A program made the position numbers and the translations under genes. A stretch of DNA of 62,998 nucleotides, counting the filler, from Collodictyon triciliatum (taxonomy: Eukaryota), in assembly GCA_043381765.1 (NCBI GenBank). It is 56 parts of 56 records of this genome, joined end to end, with 100 filler letters (N's around TTAATTAATTAA, not from the genome) between each part and the next. Parts side by side here need not be neighbours in the genome. Positions count along the whole stretch, not along the records: positions 1 to 1,032 come from JBHJMP010012621.1; positions 1,133 to 2,164 come from JBHJMP010012622.1; positions 2,265 to 3,296 come from JBHJMP010012623.1; positions 3,397 to 4,428 come from JBHJMP010012624.1; positions 4,529 to 5,557 come from JBHJMP010012625.1; positions 5,658 to 6,688 come from JBHJMP010012626.1; positions 6,789 to 7,819 come from JBHJMP010012627.1; positions 7,920 to 8,950 come from JBHJMP010012628.1; 48 more parts are not named here. One strand, given 5' to 3'. The notes beneath the pieces were generated by a model. The model saw only the letters and a list, made by a program, of their open reading frames with translations. It searched no databases and was not told where the DNA came from. Of this stretch, positions 1 to 12,154 are shown piece after piece; positions within the stretch are counted from its first letter, which is position 1, and the number at the start of each line of letters is the position of its first letter.

Positions 1-610
1 AAAGGAAAGGAAAAAGAAAAGAAAAGAAAAGAAAAGAAAAGAAAAGAAAAGAAAAGGAAAAAGAAAAGAAAAGGAAAGGAAAAAGAAAAGAAAAGAAAAG
101 AAAAGGAAAGGAAAAAGAAAAGAAAAGAAAAGGAAAGGAAAAAGAAAAGAAAAGAAAAGAAAAGAAAAGAAAAGGAAAGGAAAAAGAAAAGAAAAGAAAA
201 GAAAATAATAGAAAAATAAAATAAAAGAAAATAATAGAAAAAGAAATAGAAAAAGAAAAAGAAAAAGAAAAAGAAAATAATAGAAAAAGAAAATAATAGA
301 AAAATAAAATAAAAGAAAATAATAGAAAAAGAAAAAGAAAAAGAAAAGAAAAGAAAAGGAAAAGGAAAAGGAAAAGGAAAAGGAAAGGAGAGGAAAAAAG
401 AAAGGAAAAGAAAAAGGAAAAAGAAAAGAAGATAATAGAAAAATAAAATAAAAGAAAATAATAGAAAAAGAAATAGAAAAAGAAATAGAAAAAGAAAAAG
501 AAAAAGAAAAAGAAAAAGAAAAGAAGGGAAAAGAAAAGAAAAGAAAATAATAGAAAAAGAAAATAATAGAAAAATAAAATAAAAGAAAATAATAGAAAAA
601 TAAAATAAAA
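1..610 (+). repeat. Compound A/G-rich microsatellite (AAAAG, AAAAAG, AAAAT variants)
   Basis: Seen directly; representative of the simple repeats found at many contig ends. Confidence 0.95.
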
Positions 611-801
611 GTAAAATTTTAACAAAATTAATTACATATTTTTTTATTTTTGTGTTTTTATTCTGTTTTCATGGAGCGTCCTTCTGGGAAAAAGCGGCGG
701 AGGTCTGCTTGAAAAAACCCAGAGAATCCGTGCATCTAAGATAAAATAATTAAGTAACATGTATTCATATGCATTTACTAATATTACTTACCTTGTTAAG
801 C

Positions 802-1032
802 TCAGGCTTTCTTTCTCCATTCAGCTGCTTTCTCAGCGTCCTTCTCAACACTCCATCCATTCTCATAGCATTCAGCAACAATAGAAATAGCCTGTGGATA
901 TTTGTGTTCACCATAATCCTCGTCTACGATTTCAGCCATTTCTTTCAAGACAATGAATGCCTCTTTTGAGCCGTGTTGTGCGAGTTCCTTCAGTTTTTCA
1001 AAGTTTTCAGTATTTCCAAGCCATTCAGCTGC
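802..1032 (-). CDS. Sel1-like repeat protein, C-terminal fragment
   Basis: Open 77-codon frame ending ...QAISIVAECYENGWSVEKDAEKAAEWRKKA*, matching the SLR consensus (A..LG.CY..G.GV.KD..KA..W..KA). Confidence 0.75.
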   Translation of the reverse strand, partial: AAEWLGNTENFEKLKELAQHGSKEAFIVLKEMAEIVDEDYGEHKYPQAISIVAECYENGWSVEKDAEKAAEWRKKA

Positions 1033-1132
1033 NNNNNNNNNNNNNNNNNNNNNNNNNNNNNNNNNNNNNNNNNNNNTTAATTAATTAANNNNNNNNNNNN
1101 NNNNNNNNNNNNNNNNNNNNNNNNNNNNNNNN
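1033..1132. other. Artificial contig linker N44-TTAATTAATTAA-N44 (first of 55 in the window)
   Basis: Identical 100-bp gap with a six-frame stop cassette recurs every ~1.12-1.13 kb; contig lengths fall roughly from 1032 to 1021 bp, consistent with size-sorted concatenation. Confidence 0.98.
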
Positions 1133-2003
1133 TCAGTGTGCCCAATTGATAGAAACCCCATCTCAAGACGCAGCCTTACTCCAAACAAAGGTATGGTTTA
1201 CCTTTTATTTCTACGCAAACAATACCTATGTAGATTGCGATTGAACTACTTTATCACTATTACGTTGGGCGAGTTTTCTTGAGACGGCTTGAATGACTTG
1301 TATTCTAATTTGTGTTATCATAGCCATCAACGATATATGTGCCTCTCTATGGGAAATGCTCAATTCTGAATCATCATCTCCAGTAAAGCTATCGAGCAAC
1401 GCAGAAAAGGACAAGGTCTCATTGAGTGAAGTGACCATTAATGTCGATGATTTTCCGAAGGAAAGATGGTGATTTATTGAATCCTAACTTACACATCCAA
1501 ATAATCGAGCAAAATTAGATACATGAAGGTGCGCAGATTACAAACGCCACGTTCTAAAGAAATTGCTGTTGTATAATTGCAATCCAGAGAGAAAGAAAGA
1601 AAAAAGATAAAAAAAGAAGACCGTATTTTCTATTTTACTAATTTATATCTTATCCGAATTCTAATTTGCAGGGATACTATTTTGTCAGAAAATGTGTTGA
1701 AGAATTCCATCTGCTCGATGCACGCTGGAGTTGTCGTTGACCCCATTATGACAAGTTCTGGCGTCTCTAACTGCCGAGTATGCGTGGAGAAAAAACCAGA
1801 GAAAGTAGCGACCTTTAAAATATTGATTCTACAAGCTCAATTCAAACTGGCTATTTGGACGCTTTTCGCCAAATTAACAAACAAATATACACCAATATGA
1901 CTCCGCCATTATATTCTGCAGACACTCTTTTCAATCTCGTGGGGGCGCTCCGTCCCATCTGATGAATGCATACAGAATCGGGCCTTGGACGAACTTGTTC
2001 AAG
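1133..2003 (+). CDS. RING/U-box-like zinc-finger protein, internal multi-exon fragment
   Basis: Spliced GT-AG reading VCPIDRNPISRRSLTPNK|AINDICASLWEML...|WDTILSENVLKNSICSMHAGVVVDPIMTSSGVSNCRVCVEKK|...QNRALDELVQ; two RING-like units. Confidence 0.55.
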
Positions 2004-2476
2004 GTAAATCTAATAACCACAAAGCTCTTCGCCGACTCCAGAAGCTTAATATAGAACCACATATTAAAGGTTCAATTTACAGTTCAAACATGACACAAAA
2101 ATGTGTATGTTTATGTCTTTTTAAAATAATAACGTTATACTTTAGCGATTCCACTGGGATGTTTNNNNNNNNNNNNNNNNNNNNNNNNNNNNNNNNNNNN
2201 NNNNNNNNTTAATTAATTAANNNNNNNNNNNNNNNNNNNNNNNNNNNNNNNNNNNNNNNNNNNNCTATTTTCTTTCTATTTTCTTTCTATTTTCTTTCTA
2301 TTTTCTTTCTATTTTCTTTCTATTTTCTTTCTATTTTCTTTCTATTTTCTTTCTATTTTCTTTCATGTATCTAATGAATAAGCAATGGATATTCAGCTTT
2401 TTGATACATTTGTGCATGGTTTATTATTATGACGATGAGCTTTCGAGACAAAATAATATAATCCGGTCAATAACAG

Positions 2477-2683
2477 GTGCACATGAAGCCGTGCGAGGCC
2501 AACCAAGTGCGTGTGGAAAACACCTATCGCTGCCCGGTCTACAAGACGTCTGCTCGTCGCGGAGTTCTGTCTACCACGGGCCACTCGACAAACTTTGTCA
2601 CGTCGCTTCTGCTTCCGACAAATCGCGGCGAGAAACACTGGGTCAAACGAGGCGTTGCGCTGCTTTGCCAACTCAACGACTGA
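2477..2683 (+). CDS. Axonemal dynein heavy chain, last exon (inner-arm type C-terminus)
   Basis: After a CAG acceptor: [52 protein letters not shown]; the [15 protein letters not shown] motif is typical of single-headed inner-arm dyneins. Confidence 0.92.
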   Translation: MHMKPCEANQVRVENTYRCPVYKTSARRGVLSTTGHSTNFVTSLLLPTNRGEKHWVKRGVALLCQLND

Positions 2684-4577
2684 CACGCAGACGCGCTTTG
2701 GCTGTGTTTGCTTGCCGGCCGGCCCGTTTATCTGCCTCCCGATTCGTTTACTTTCACTCCATACTTCTTCCCTTTGGCGTCTTGCGCTCTCTGAAGCTGT
2801 CAGACTCTCCCAAGTCGCGCGATAAAGACCTCCTGCTCTGAAAGTGAGCGCGGCTATTCTCTTCACGCGACCTTTATTCTCTTCCCTCTGCGGCTTTCTT
2901 TTTTCCGGGTTGAAGTATATGGCAACAACGACGATAAAAACTTGGACATCGAGCTGTCATCCAGTGGAAACGTAGGGATTCTTATTTGCTCGATTAGTGC
3001 CTTGGCTTATGGAGACGCCGCGTGTGCCGCAGTTTGATCCGGAGAGCGACCAAGTGCTTCGCGAGAGGCTTGCACAGATCTCCGACGTGATCGCCTCTGC
3101 TTCTATCTGTTTGGTAGCCAGTAAGTTCTGTCGAGAGTCCTGAGGCATCAGCAATTTTTAAATTACCTGTCTTATTTTATTCTTTTTCAATTCTATTTTA
3201 TTCTTTTTTTATTCTTTTTTTATTCTTTTTTATTCTTTTTTTATTCTTTTTTTATTCTTTTTTTATTCTTTTTTTATTCTTTTTTTATTCTTTTTTNNNN
3301 NNNNNNNNNNNNNNNNNNNNNNNNNNNNNNNNNNNNNNNNTTAATTAATTAANNNNNNNNNNNNNNNNNNNNNNNNNNNNNNNNNNNNNNNNNNNNTAAA
3401 ATAACATAAAATAACATAAAATAACATAAAATAACATAAAATAACATAAAATAACATAAAATAACATAAAATAGAAATTGAAAAAAAAAGTATGAACAAA
3501 AGACGAGTTCATCGTATTTTAATCAACCACAATCACCAAACTTTCAATTTTTTCTGGTATCCCATTTCAGTAAATTCAACCAAAAAAAAAAAAAAAGGAA
3601 AAAGAAAAAGGAGGAGGAGCATCATTTTTCTTTTCTGGCTAATAGTGATGGGAGGGAATATATCAACAAACTTATATAATATTCTTTCCTTTTCAAATGC
3701 CATTTCCAAGAATTTCCACCATATCATGTATTTGATTCTTTCATCGATATAGAAAGGCAGGCGGACGTGTGTGAGTGAAATTGAGAAGTTTTGGGGAAAA
3801 GAGAATTGTCATTCACCACCAGCGATTAGATGCCCACTACCAGGAGCTGGGCTTGTCGGTAGGTGCTGCCGAGGAGAAGCTCGTCCTTGGTATCCCGTGC
3901 CTTGTTCATCACTTGTTTGTGCTGCAAAGGTGAATCGTAGAATAAATGAACGAATATAAGTAAAATATATGAGGAGTGTTTGTTTGTTTGTTTGTTTGTT
4001 TGTTTGTTTGTTTGTTTGTTTGTTTGTTTTGTTTGCTTCGTAACTGCCCATATCGAGAGTAATATTGATGGCTATGGAAATACGAGGTGCATACCTTCTC
4101 TGGTTGCTCTTTACGAAAATGTTCGACGATATAATTGCTCGCAATCCTATCATAAACAAACAAATAATTCAGAAAATAAAAGGGTGCAAAACTGAGTTGC
4201 GTGCTTTTTTTTTTGTTTTTTGTATATCCATGTGTCACGCCATATGTTTGAAGAAAACAAAAAACATACAAACGTTATGGTTTTCTTATTTTGTCCTTAA
4301 AATATATTAGGGAAAGGGGAGAGCGGTGAGGAAAGAAAAGAAAAGAAAAGAAAAGAAAAGAAAAGAAAAGAAAAGAAAAGAAAAGAAAAGAAAAGAAAAG
4401 AAAAGAAAAGAAAAGAAAAGAAAAGAAANNNNNNNNNNNNNNNNNNNNNNNNNNNNNNNNNNNNNNNNNNNNTTAATTAATTAANNNNNNNNNNNNNNNN
4501 NNNNNNNNNNNNNNNNNNNNNNNNNNNNATGGTCAGTTTCCTTTCTTTTTCTTTCCCTTTCTAGTGTGCATTATTAC

Positions 4578-5557
4578 CGTTGAGGTAAATGTAAGAAAAT
4601 TGATGAGATTCACGAAGTTCATCCAGACATGATTGAAGAATCTGGTGTTCGCAGGAAATTGTGGCGTTTCTTAGTGGGAAGATTTGGTCGTGATGAAAAG
4701 GGCATATTATTTATTACATATCCAATTCAAAAACAAAAGCAACAAAAGATTAAATACCACGCCCATGTAAATAAGTAATTAAAATTGAGCTGACAAACCA
4801 GGGATTTCCCGCTCCCTCGAAATCCCAGTAGTATGGTAGCGTTGGATTCTCCTCTCTCAAGGGTGGCAAGTAGCGAGTTCATCATCTGCCTAGAATATAA
4901 AAGATTAATTCCACCATAGAGTATTTTGAATCGAATAAAGGGAAAAAGTCATCGTATAGTATGGTTGTGAAATCAAATCTCAAGAACAAAGGAATGAAAA
5001 TGAGAGGAAGAAACAAATCACTTGATTTAGAAACGAAAAAAATTAAGAAAAAAATCCTTGATTTATGTGTTCAACTACAAAGCTTAAAAATAATAAATGA
5101 AACACGAATTTAAAATAAAATAGATGAAAAAAGATAAAAGAAACAAAAGGAACAAAAATGTAAAGGGGTTACAAAGACAAAGCGGACAAAAAATCAAAGA
5201 GAAACAAGAGAAACAAGAGAAACAAGAGAAACAAGAGAAACAAGAGAAACAAGAGAAACAAGAGAAACAAGAGAAACAAGAGAAACAAAAATGAAAAGGG
5301 GTTACAAAGACAAAGCGGACAAAAAATCAAAGAGAAACACAAATGTATATATTTACAAAATTAGAACTAAAAAATACGCTTCGTCAAGTTGAAAAAACGG
5401 GAAGGAGAAAGACGTCTAATATTAAAAAAGTGGAATGAAGACTTTTTTTTAAAAAAAAAAAAAAACCCAACTGGCGCTGCGACTCCAGGCCAACACACTC
5501 CTTAGGATGATGCAGCGAAACCAGCTGCCTTCTAACCTGATGCACAGCCATGGACCA
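4578..5557 (-). CDS. ORC4: Origin recognition complex subunit 4, N-terminal AAA+ region (exons 5557-5472, 4889-4799, 4641-4578)
   Basis: Spliced in frame: VHQVRRQLVSLHHPKECVGLESQRQ|QMMNSLLATLERGESNATILLGFRGSGKSL|ILQSCLDELRESHQFSYIYLN; GESN..L.G.RGSGK Walker A and YLNG match ORC4; GT-AG introns with consistent phases. Confidence 0.88.
4925..4947 (+). mobile_element. Older copy of the ultra-short retro-insertion, in an ORC4 intron
   Basis: TTTGAATCGAATAAAGGGAAAAA with degenerate flanking repeats ending in AGTAT. Confidence 0.65.
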
Positions 5558-5657
5558 NNNNNNNNNNNNNNNNNNNNNNNNNNNNNNNNNNNNNNNNNNN
5601 NTTAATTAATTAANNNNNNNNNNNNNNNNNNNNNNNNNNNNNNNNNNNNNNNNNNNN

Positions 5658-6616
5658 GAGACTGAGACTGAGACTGAGACTGGGATTGGGATTGAGACTG
5701 CGATTGAGATTGAGACTGAGACTGAGATTGAGACTGAGACTGAGACTGAGACTGAGATTGGGATTGGGATTGAGACTGTGATTGAGATTGAGACTGAGAC
5801 TGAGATTGAGACTGAGATTGAGACTGGGATTGGGATTGAGACTGAGATTGAGATTGAGACTGAGACTGAGACTGAGATTGGGATTGGGATTGAGACTGAG
5901 ACTGAGATTGGGATTGAGATTGAGATTGAGATTGAGACTGAGACTGAGACTGAGATTGAGACTGAGACTGAGACTGAGACTGAGATTGAGATTGAGACTG
6001 AGACTGAGACTGAGACTGAGACTGAGATTGGGACTGAGATTGAGATTGAGACTGAGATTGGGATTGAGACAGAGATTGGGATTGAGATTGAGATTGAGAT
6101 TGAGATTGAGATTGAGACTGAGATTGAGATTGAGACTGAGACTGAGACTGAGACTGAGACTGAGACTGAGATTGAGATTGAGACTGAGACTGAGACTGAG
6201 ATTGAGATTGAGACTGAGACTGAGACTGAGACTGAGACTGAGACTGAGATTGGGATTGGGATTGGGATTGGGATTGGGATTGGGATTGAGATTGAGACTG
6301 AGACTGAGACTGAGATTGGGATTGGGATTGAGACTGAGATTGAGATTGAGACTGAGATAGAGACTGAGATTGAGAGTGAGATTGGGACTGAGATTGAGAT
6401 TTAGACTGAGACTGAGACTGAGACTGAGACCGAGACCGAGACTGAGATTGAGACTGAGATTGAGACTGAGACTGTGACTGAGACTGAGACTGAGATTGAG
6501 ATTGAGATTGGGATTGGGATTTGGGTTTGGATTGGGATTTGGGTTTGGATTGAGATTGAGACTGAGATTGAGACTGGGATTGAGACTGGGATTGAGATTG
6601 AGATTGAGATTGAGAT

Positions 6617-6669
<53 letters not shown>

Positions 6670-6688
6670 TTGGGATGGGGAGTGGGAT
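5658..6688 (-). repeat. Hexamer array (GAGACT/GAGATT/GGGATT), probably coding poly(Ser-Gln) on the minus strand
   Basis: Fills the whole contig; the main variants read TCT/TCC/TCA/TCG-CAG/CAA on the minus strand and no stop was seen in that frame. Confidence 0.7.
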
Positions 6689-6788
6689 NNNNNNNNNNNN
6701 NNNNNNNNNNNNNNNNNNNNNNNNNNNNNNNNTTAATTAATTAANNNNNNNNNNNNNNNNNNNNNNNNNNNNNNNNNNNNNNNNNNNN

Positions 6789-6862
<74 letters not shown>

Positions 6863-7133
6863 AAAAAAACAAAAAAACAAAAAAACAAAAAAACAAAAAA
6901 ACAAAAAAAACAAAAAAACAAAAAAACAAAAAAACAAAAAAACAAAAAAACAAAAAAAAACAATTATAACAAGTATAAGAGGTAGAAGAAATAGAAGAAA
7001 TAGAAGAAATGGACAAAAGAACAAGAACGTTAAACTACAAAAACTTTGCACACAATTTCAGCCCGCAAGGAATTCTACCATTATCTTTATTCAGCTTGAT
7101 GATAAAGCCACAGTAAATAAGACCAAAGACGTT

Positions 7134-7644
7134 TCACATACGTTCGTATGGGGCATCTTTCACATCAACATCTCTCGAAAACATCTCTATAATCCTTTTC
7201 TTCATCGGATGGTTTTTAACATACGGGACAACAAAGACTATGACTATGAAAATGAGCAGCCAAACCGAATTCAACCCAATCACCAGTATCGTAATCCAAA
7301 CTTCTGAGCCTAGCAAACTCGATAAAAGGGCAAGGAAGAAAGAGACGAAGATGATGTACAGACTGGACAGCTCCATCTGATTTTCAATCTCCAAACTGTA
7401 AGGTTTGTACTCCTTCTGCATCCAAATGGAGACCTGAGGGAGTTTGATTAGTGAGTAGATAAGATAGTGATAAAAGGACACGACAGACATATCGAAATAT
7501 TGACGCTACAAATTGAATGTATACCTGGATGACTATCACAAGCAATAAGAAGAAAATGGACGGGTGCGTGTATGGAATCACGCCCAAAACAAACGAGAAT
7601 GCAACACGACGAGCGATGATGATGAATTCCCAGTATTGATGGTT
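7134..7644 (-). CDS. Multi-pass membrane protein C-terminus (TRP-like protist membrane domain)
   Basis: YWEFIIIARRVAFSFVLG...IQ|VSIWMQKEYKPYSLEIENQMELSSL... with several hydrophobic helices; YWE..R / PY...N.LE motif. Confidence 0.65.
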
Positions 7645-7920
7645 CTGTGATGCGCACCACATTACCCGTTTTTTTATTTTTATTTTTTACGAAAAATAGG
7701 AAAAGGGAAGAAAGGGAAAGAAAAGACAAGAAAAGACAAGAAAAGACAAGAAAAGACAAGAAAAGACAAGAAAAGACAAGAAAAGACAAGAAAAGACAAG
7801 AAAAGACAAGACAAGACAANNNNNNNNNNNNNNNNNNNNNNNNNNNNNNNNNNNNNNNNNNNNTTAATTAATTAANNNNNNNNNNNNNNNNNNNNNNNNN
7901 NNNNNNNNNNNNNNNNNNNA

Positions 7921-8929
7921 CCACCCAAGTCTATCGTTATGGGGCCTTTGTAGGCACCTTCAGAGACAATTTAATTGTGTATGGAGGATTTGACCAGGCA
8001 TCCAGGAGAACAAGCGCTGTCTTTCAGTATCAAATAGGTAATTCAATTGTCTACAAAAGTTAGTTTTCTTTTCTGTTTTTTCTATTATTATTCACGCTGC
8101 ATTTTTTTAACTGTATTGAAACAGGGGTGAAGCAGTGGGTTGAGCTCAAGTATACTTCAAAGGAAGAAAATCCTGCTCGAGTTGGAAAGCTTTGCGGTGT
8201 CTTTTCGGAGGAAAAAATGTACACTTTCGGTGGAAGCACAGAAACATATTCTTTGAATTCTGTTTTCGTTATGGAGCCGAGTAAGCAGCATATTATCTTT
8301 ATTTCTTAATCGCTCTAGTATGACCATTTGATAAGTATTATTGTCTCAGTTTCCGTTTATCAAGATGTGATGTAAAATATTTATTGTTCATCTTCAGGTA
8401 TATGTGCTGAGAACCTGCACCAAGAGGTCATGAGCGCGCGAGAAGTGAATCACTTCGAAGATGGCTCTGGGCCTGGTCGATACCCAGCGGGGGCTCATTT
8501 TTTTTTCCTTTATTCGATTCAAAGTACCCAGCGGGGGCTCATTAACAGTATCTTTTCAAGACCGGCAATTTCTTTTCCATCAATGCGTCCATAAGTGAAG
8601 GAGATAGGTTTGTAAACTGTTAAAATGTTCATATTAAGAAAAATAGGAAAATATTCCATGACATCTCAGGTCATCATTTATATTCTCTTTTCATGTTATA
8701 CATATTAGAATATAAAGATATGTGCCTTTTTTTTTTAATACGCATCATATCATATAGTGTACTAGTGTATGAGTTTCGAGATAGTTCTCCGAATCAGTTA
8801 ATTACAGAAATAACAAAGCCGGGTTATTACGATGTTTCAAATCCGAAGAGAAACACATTGATAGTTTTGAAGTCGCCAGGGAAGATAATCGATGGTCTGA
8901 GAGGAGACGGAATAGTTATCAAACACATA
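7921..8929 (+). pseudogene. Kelch-repeat plus CUB-like gene disrupted by a short retro-insertion and a TAA
   Basis: Exons LIVYGGFD...|KQWVEL...KMYTFGGS...|ICAE...FEDGSGPGRYPAGAH; 44-bp net insertion at 8481-8543 shifts the frame, and TAA at 8543-8545 lies where the paralog has Cys. Confidence 0.6.
8481..8543 (-). mobile_element. Ultra-short poly(A) retro-insertion with 19-bp TSD
   Basis: TACCCAGCGGGGGCTCATT (8481-8499 and 8525-8543) flanks T-tract+CCTTTATTCGATTCAAAG. Confidence 0.9.
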
Positions 8930-9050
8930 AGTAAGTCATCAATATTTCGTNNNNNNNNNNNNNNNNNNNNNNNNNNNNNNNNNNNNNNNNNNNNTTAATT
9001 AATTAANNNNNNNNNNNNNNNNNNNNNNNNNNNNNNNNNNNNNNNNNNNN

Positions 9051-9431
<381 letters not shown>

Positions 9432-9959
9432 ACCCGTCCGCGCCGTCCTGGTGGATGATCCCTGTGTTGCAATAAACCCCACTACGCACGTAGACTGTGC
9501 CGCCCTCCTTGTCTCTGCCTCGGCCTTATCTTCTCCCGTCTTCTGCCTGACTGCGCCTTGCTTGGGCTTGGCTGTGCGTATTGCTCGTCCTCACTTGACC
9601 CACGGGACCGAAGCAGCTGAAGGTTGAGAGTCTGCCTCTTTTCTCCCTCACGCTCGAGCGACCTGGCACTTGTCATGTGAAGCCTCGTGCGTCTATCCCT
9701 GGCGCTTTCTTACCTTCACACTTTCCGAAGCGCTGGACCGCCACATAAGACCCTGCGCTGTTGGACGCGGGCTGCTTGTGAAGCGGGTTTGGTGCGGTGT
9801 GATCGGAGCCATCGCTCACCTCATAAGGCATGATTTCGCAGGGGAGGAGGCGGGTGTGTTGTCTGTCTTTGGATTGGTTTTGCAGCGGCCTGCACGAGGA
9901 ACGGGTTTCCCGGCACGGGTCATGGATGCCCTTGTCGTCTTGCGGGTCATGCTCGCATG

Positions 9960-10055
<96 letters not shown>

Positions 10056-10181
10056 GTTCTTTAGACAATAACCATGTAATNNNNNNNNNNNNNNNNNNNN
10101 NNNNNNNNNNNNNNNNNNNNNNNNTTAATTAATTAANNNNNNNNNNNNNNNNNNNNNNNNNNNNNNNNNNNNNNNNNNNNA

Positions 10182-10916
10182 GCAACAGCCGATGAGACAA
10201 CAGTCATCGAAGCAGCAGCCAATGAAGCAGCAGCTAATGAAGCAGCACTCAACGAGACAGCAGGCAACGAAGCAGCAGCTGATGAAACAACAGCCGATGA
10301 GACAACAGTCAAAGAAACAACAGGTAATGAGACAACAGCCGATGAAGCAACAGCCAATGAAGCAACAGCCAATGAAGCAACAGCCAATGAAGCAACAGCC
10401 AATGAAGCAGCAGGCAACGAAACAACAGGCAACGAAACAACAGGTAATGAGACAGTAGGCAACGAAGCAGCAGTCAACGAGACAACAGCCTATGAAGCAG
10501 CAGCCGATGAGACAACAGCCGATGAGACAACAGTCAACGAGACAGCACTCAACGAGACAACAGCCTATGAAGCAGCAGGCAACGAAGCAACAGCCGATGA
10601 GACAACAACTGATGAAACAACAGTCAAAGAAACAACAGCCAATGAAGCAGCTGATGAAACGACAGCCGATGAAGCAACAGCCAACGAAACAACAGGTAAT
10701 GCAGCACCGGGAAACGAAATACAAGCTGGTGAAGCACAGCAAATCACCGACCGAATGAGCAGACACGAGGATGACAGCACGACGAACCAATCGGGAACGG
10801 AACTGACCATCGACACAGAAGACAGGGAATTGAACGAGCTGCTAAGGGCAATCAACGAGGACAATGCGTTCCTCCAAACGTCACCCCGTGATACAAACAC
10901 AGACAGGTCATCGTAG
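10182..10916 (+). CDS. Acidic Ala/Thr/Glu pentapeptide-repeat protein, C-terminal fragment
   Basis: Open 245-codon frame of 15-bp repeats (ETTAD/EAAAN/ETTGN) running into unique sequence ...EDRELNELLRAINEDNAFLQTSPRDTNTDRSS*; the listed Q/M-rich frame is broken by a stop. Confidence 0.6.
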   Translation, partial: ATADETTVIEAAANEAAANEAALNETAGNEAAADETTADETTVKETTGNETTADEATANEATANEATANEATANEAAGNETTGNETTGNETVGNEAAVNETTAYEAAADETTADETTVNETALNETTAYEAAGNEATADETTTDETTVKETTANEAADETTADEATANETTGNAAPGNEIQAGEAQQITDRMSRHEDDSTTNQSGTELTIDTEDRELNELLRAINEDNAFLQTSPRDTNTDRSS

Positions 10917-11342
10917 CGTCCCAGAAGGTAACCCCAAAGGGCACAGAATATTCATTTTCAACCAGTTGGAGCGCTGTACCTTCTCGAATGTCAAGTTTCA
11001 CCATGAAGTTGGGCGCCGGGGTTATTTTACGCATAAGGACAACTTAATCGACCGCACTTGCACCATTTCCCCATCCATGTCGTTCCAACTCTTCATGTTT
11101 CTTTTCTTTTCTTTTCTTTTCTTTTCTTTTCTTTTCTTTTCTTTTCTTTTCTTTTCTTTTCTTTTCTTTTCTTTTCTTTTCTTTTCTTTTCTTTTCTTTT
11201 CTTTTCTTTTNNNNNNNNNNNNNNNNNNNNNNNNNNNNNNNNNNNNNNNNNNNNTTAATTAATTAANNNNNNNNNNNNNNNNNNNNNNNNNNNNNNNNNN
11301 NNNNNNNNNNGTTTTTTTTTTTTTAAAAAAAAAAAAAAAAAG

Positions 11343-11817
11343 ACTCTCTCTGCTCCTTTTGTCGCATGCGAGCACGACACAATCTTTATGCCGATCGATT
11401 ACCCTGTGTCCAGCGACGCCCAAAAGATTCTGGCTTTGGTTGTGAGTACTTTTTAAATTCTGCAAGCATCAGTTCAACTTTGAGTCTTCATCGCTGCTGG
11501 GTTTTTTTTGTTTTTTGTTTTTTGTTTTTTGTTTTTTGTTTTTTGTTTTTTGTTTTTTGTTTTTTGTTTCTTGTTTCTTGTTTTTTGTTTTTTGTTTTTT
11601 GTTTTTTGTTTTTTGTTTTTTGTTTTAGTCATCCAAGAATCTAATATCTACGTATGTACCATCTTTTCATCCGAATTTATTTTAGGGACTGCCTATCAGT
11701 TCATTCCGCATTGCTCCTGCACAATTCCATGCCCTTTGGATGGCTGCCTTTTCTTCCATTATTGCTCCATTTGGGGGCTTTTTTGCCAGCGGATTTAAGC
11801 GAGCATTTAAAGTGAAG
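11343..11817 (+). CDS. CDS1: Phosphatidate cytidylyltransferase (CDP-DAG synthase), internal exons
   Basis: [35 protein letters not shown] followed by a GTAAG donor; signature of eukaryotic CDS. Confidence 0.93.
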
Positions 11818-12034
11818 GTAAGAATAGAGTTGATTTCGACATTTATACATAAATCTGAATGTCTCTTTCACGTACTAGTGAGAAAAGGACAACAAAAAAA
11901 TAATTACTGAGCACAAAGGATACTCTATTCATTCTCGTTTTTTTTATTTATTTTTCTATTTATTTTCTATTTTTTTTCTATTTTTTTTCTATTTTTTTTC
12001 TATTTTTTTTCTATTTTTTTTCTATTTTTTTCTA

Positions 12035-12091
<57 letters not shown>

Positions 12092-12101
12092 CTTTCTTTT
12101 T

Positions 12102-12154
<53 letters not shown>

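Noticed and set aside
6250-6290. (GGGATT)n, and the (T7G2)n tracts at ~28000 and ~47390, as telomeric repeats
   Set aside because: Interspersed with other variants or lying in introns, with no homogeneous terminal array
5778-6744. Plus-strand ETEIEI and RLRLRL ORFs
   Set aside because: Variation is non-synonymous in these frames; the minus-strand SQ frame explains it better
8543-8545. In-frame TAA as evidence of stop-codon reassignment
   Set aside because: RPS13 and CIAO2 end in TAA and dynein in TGA at their conserved termini, and the same exon is also frameshifted
10125-10790. Cys-rich CCFIG ORF and Q/M-rich ORFs
   Set aside because: Shadow frames of the 15-bp repeat; the ETTAD frame is uninterrupted and continues into normal-looking unique sequence
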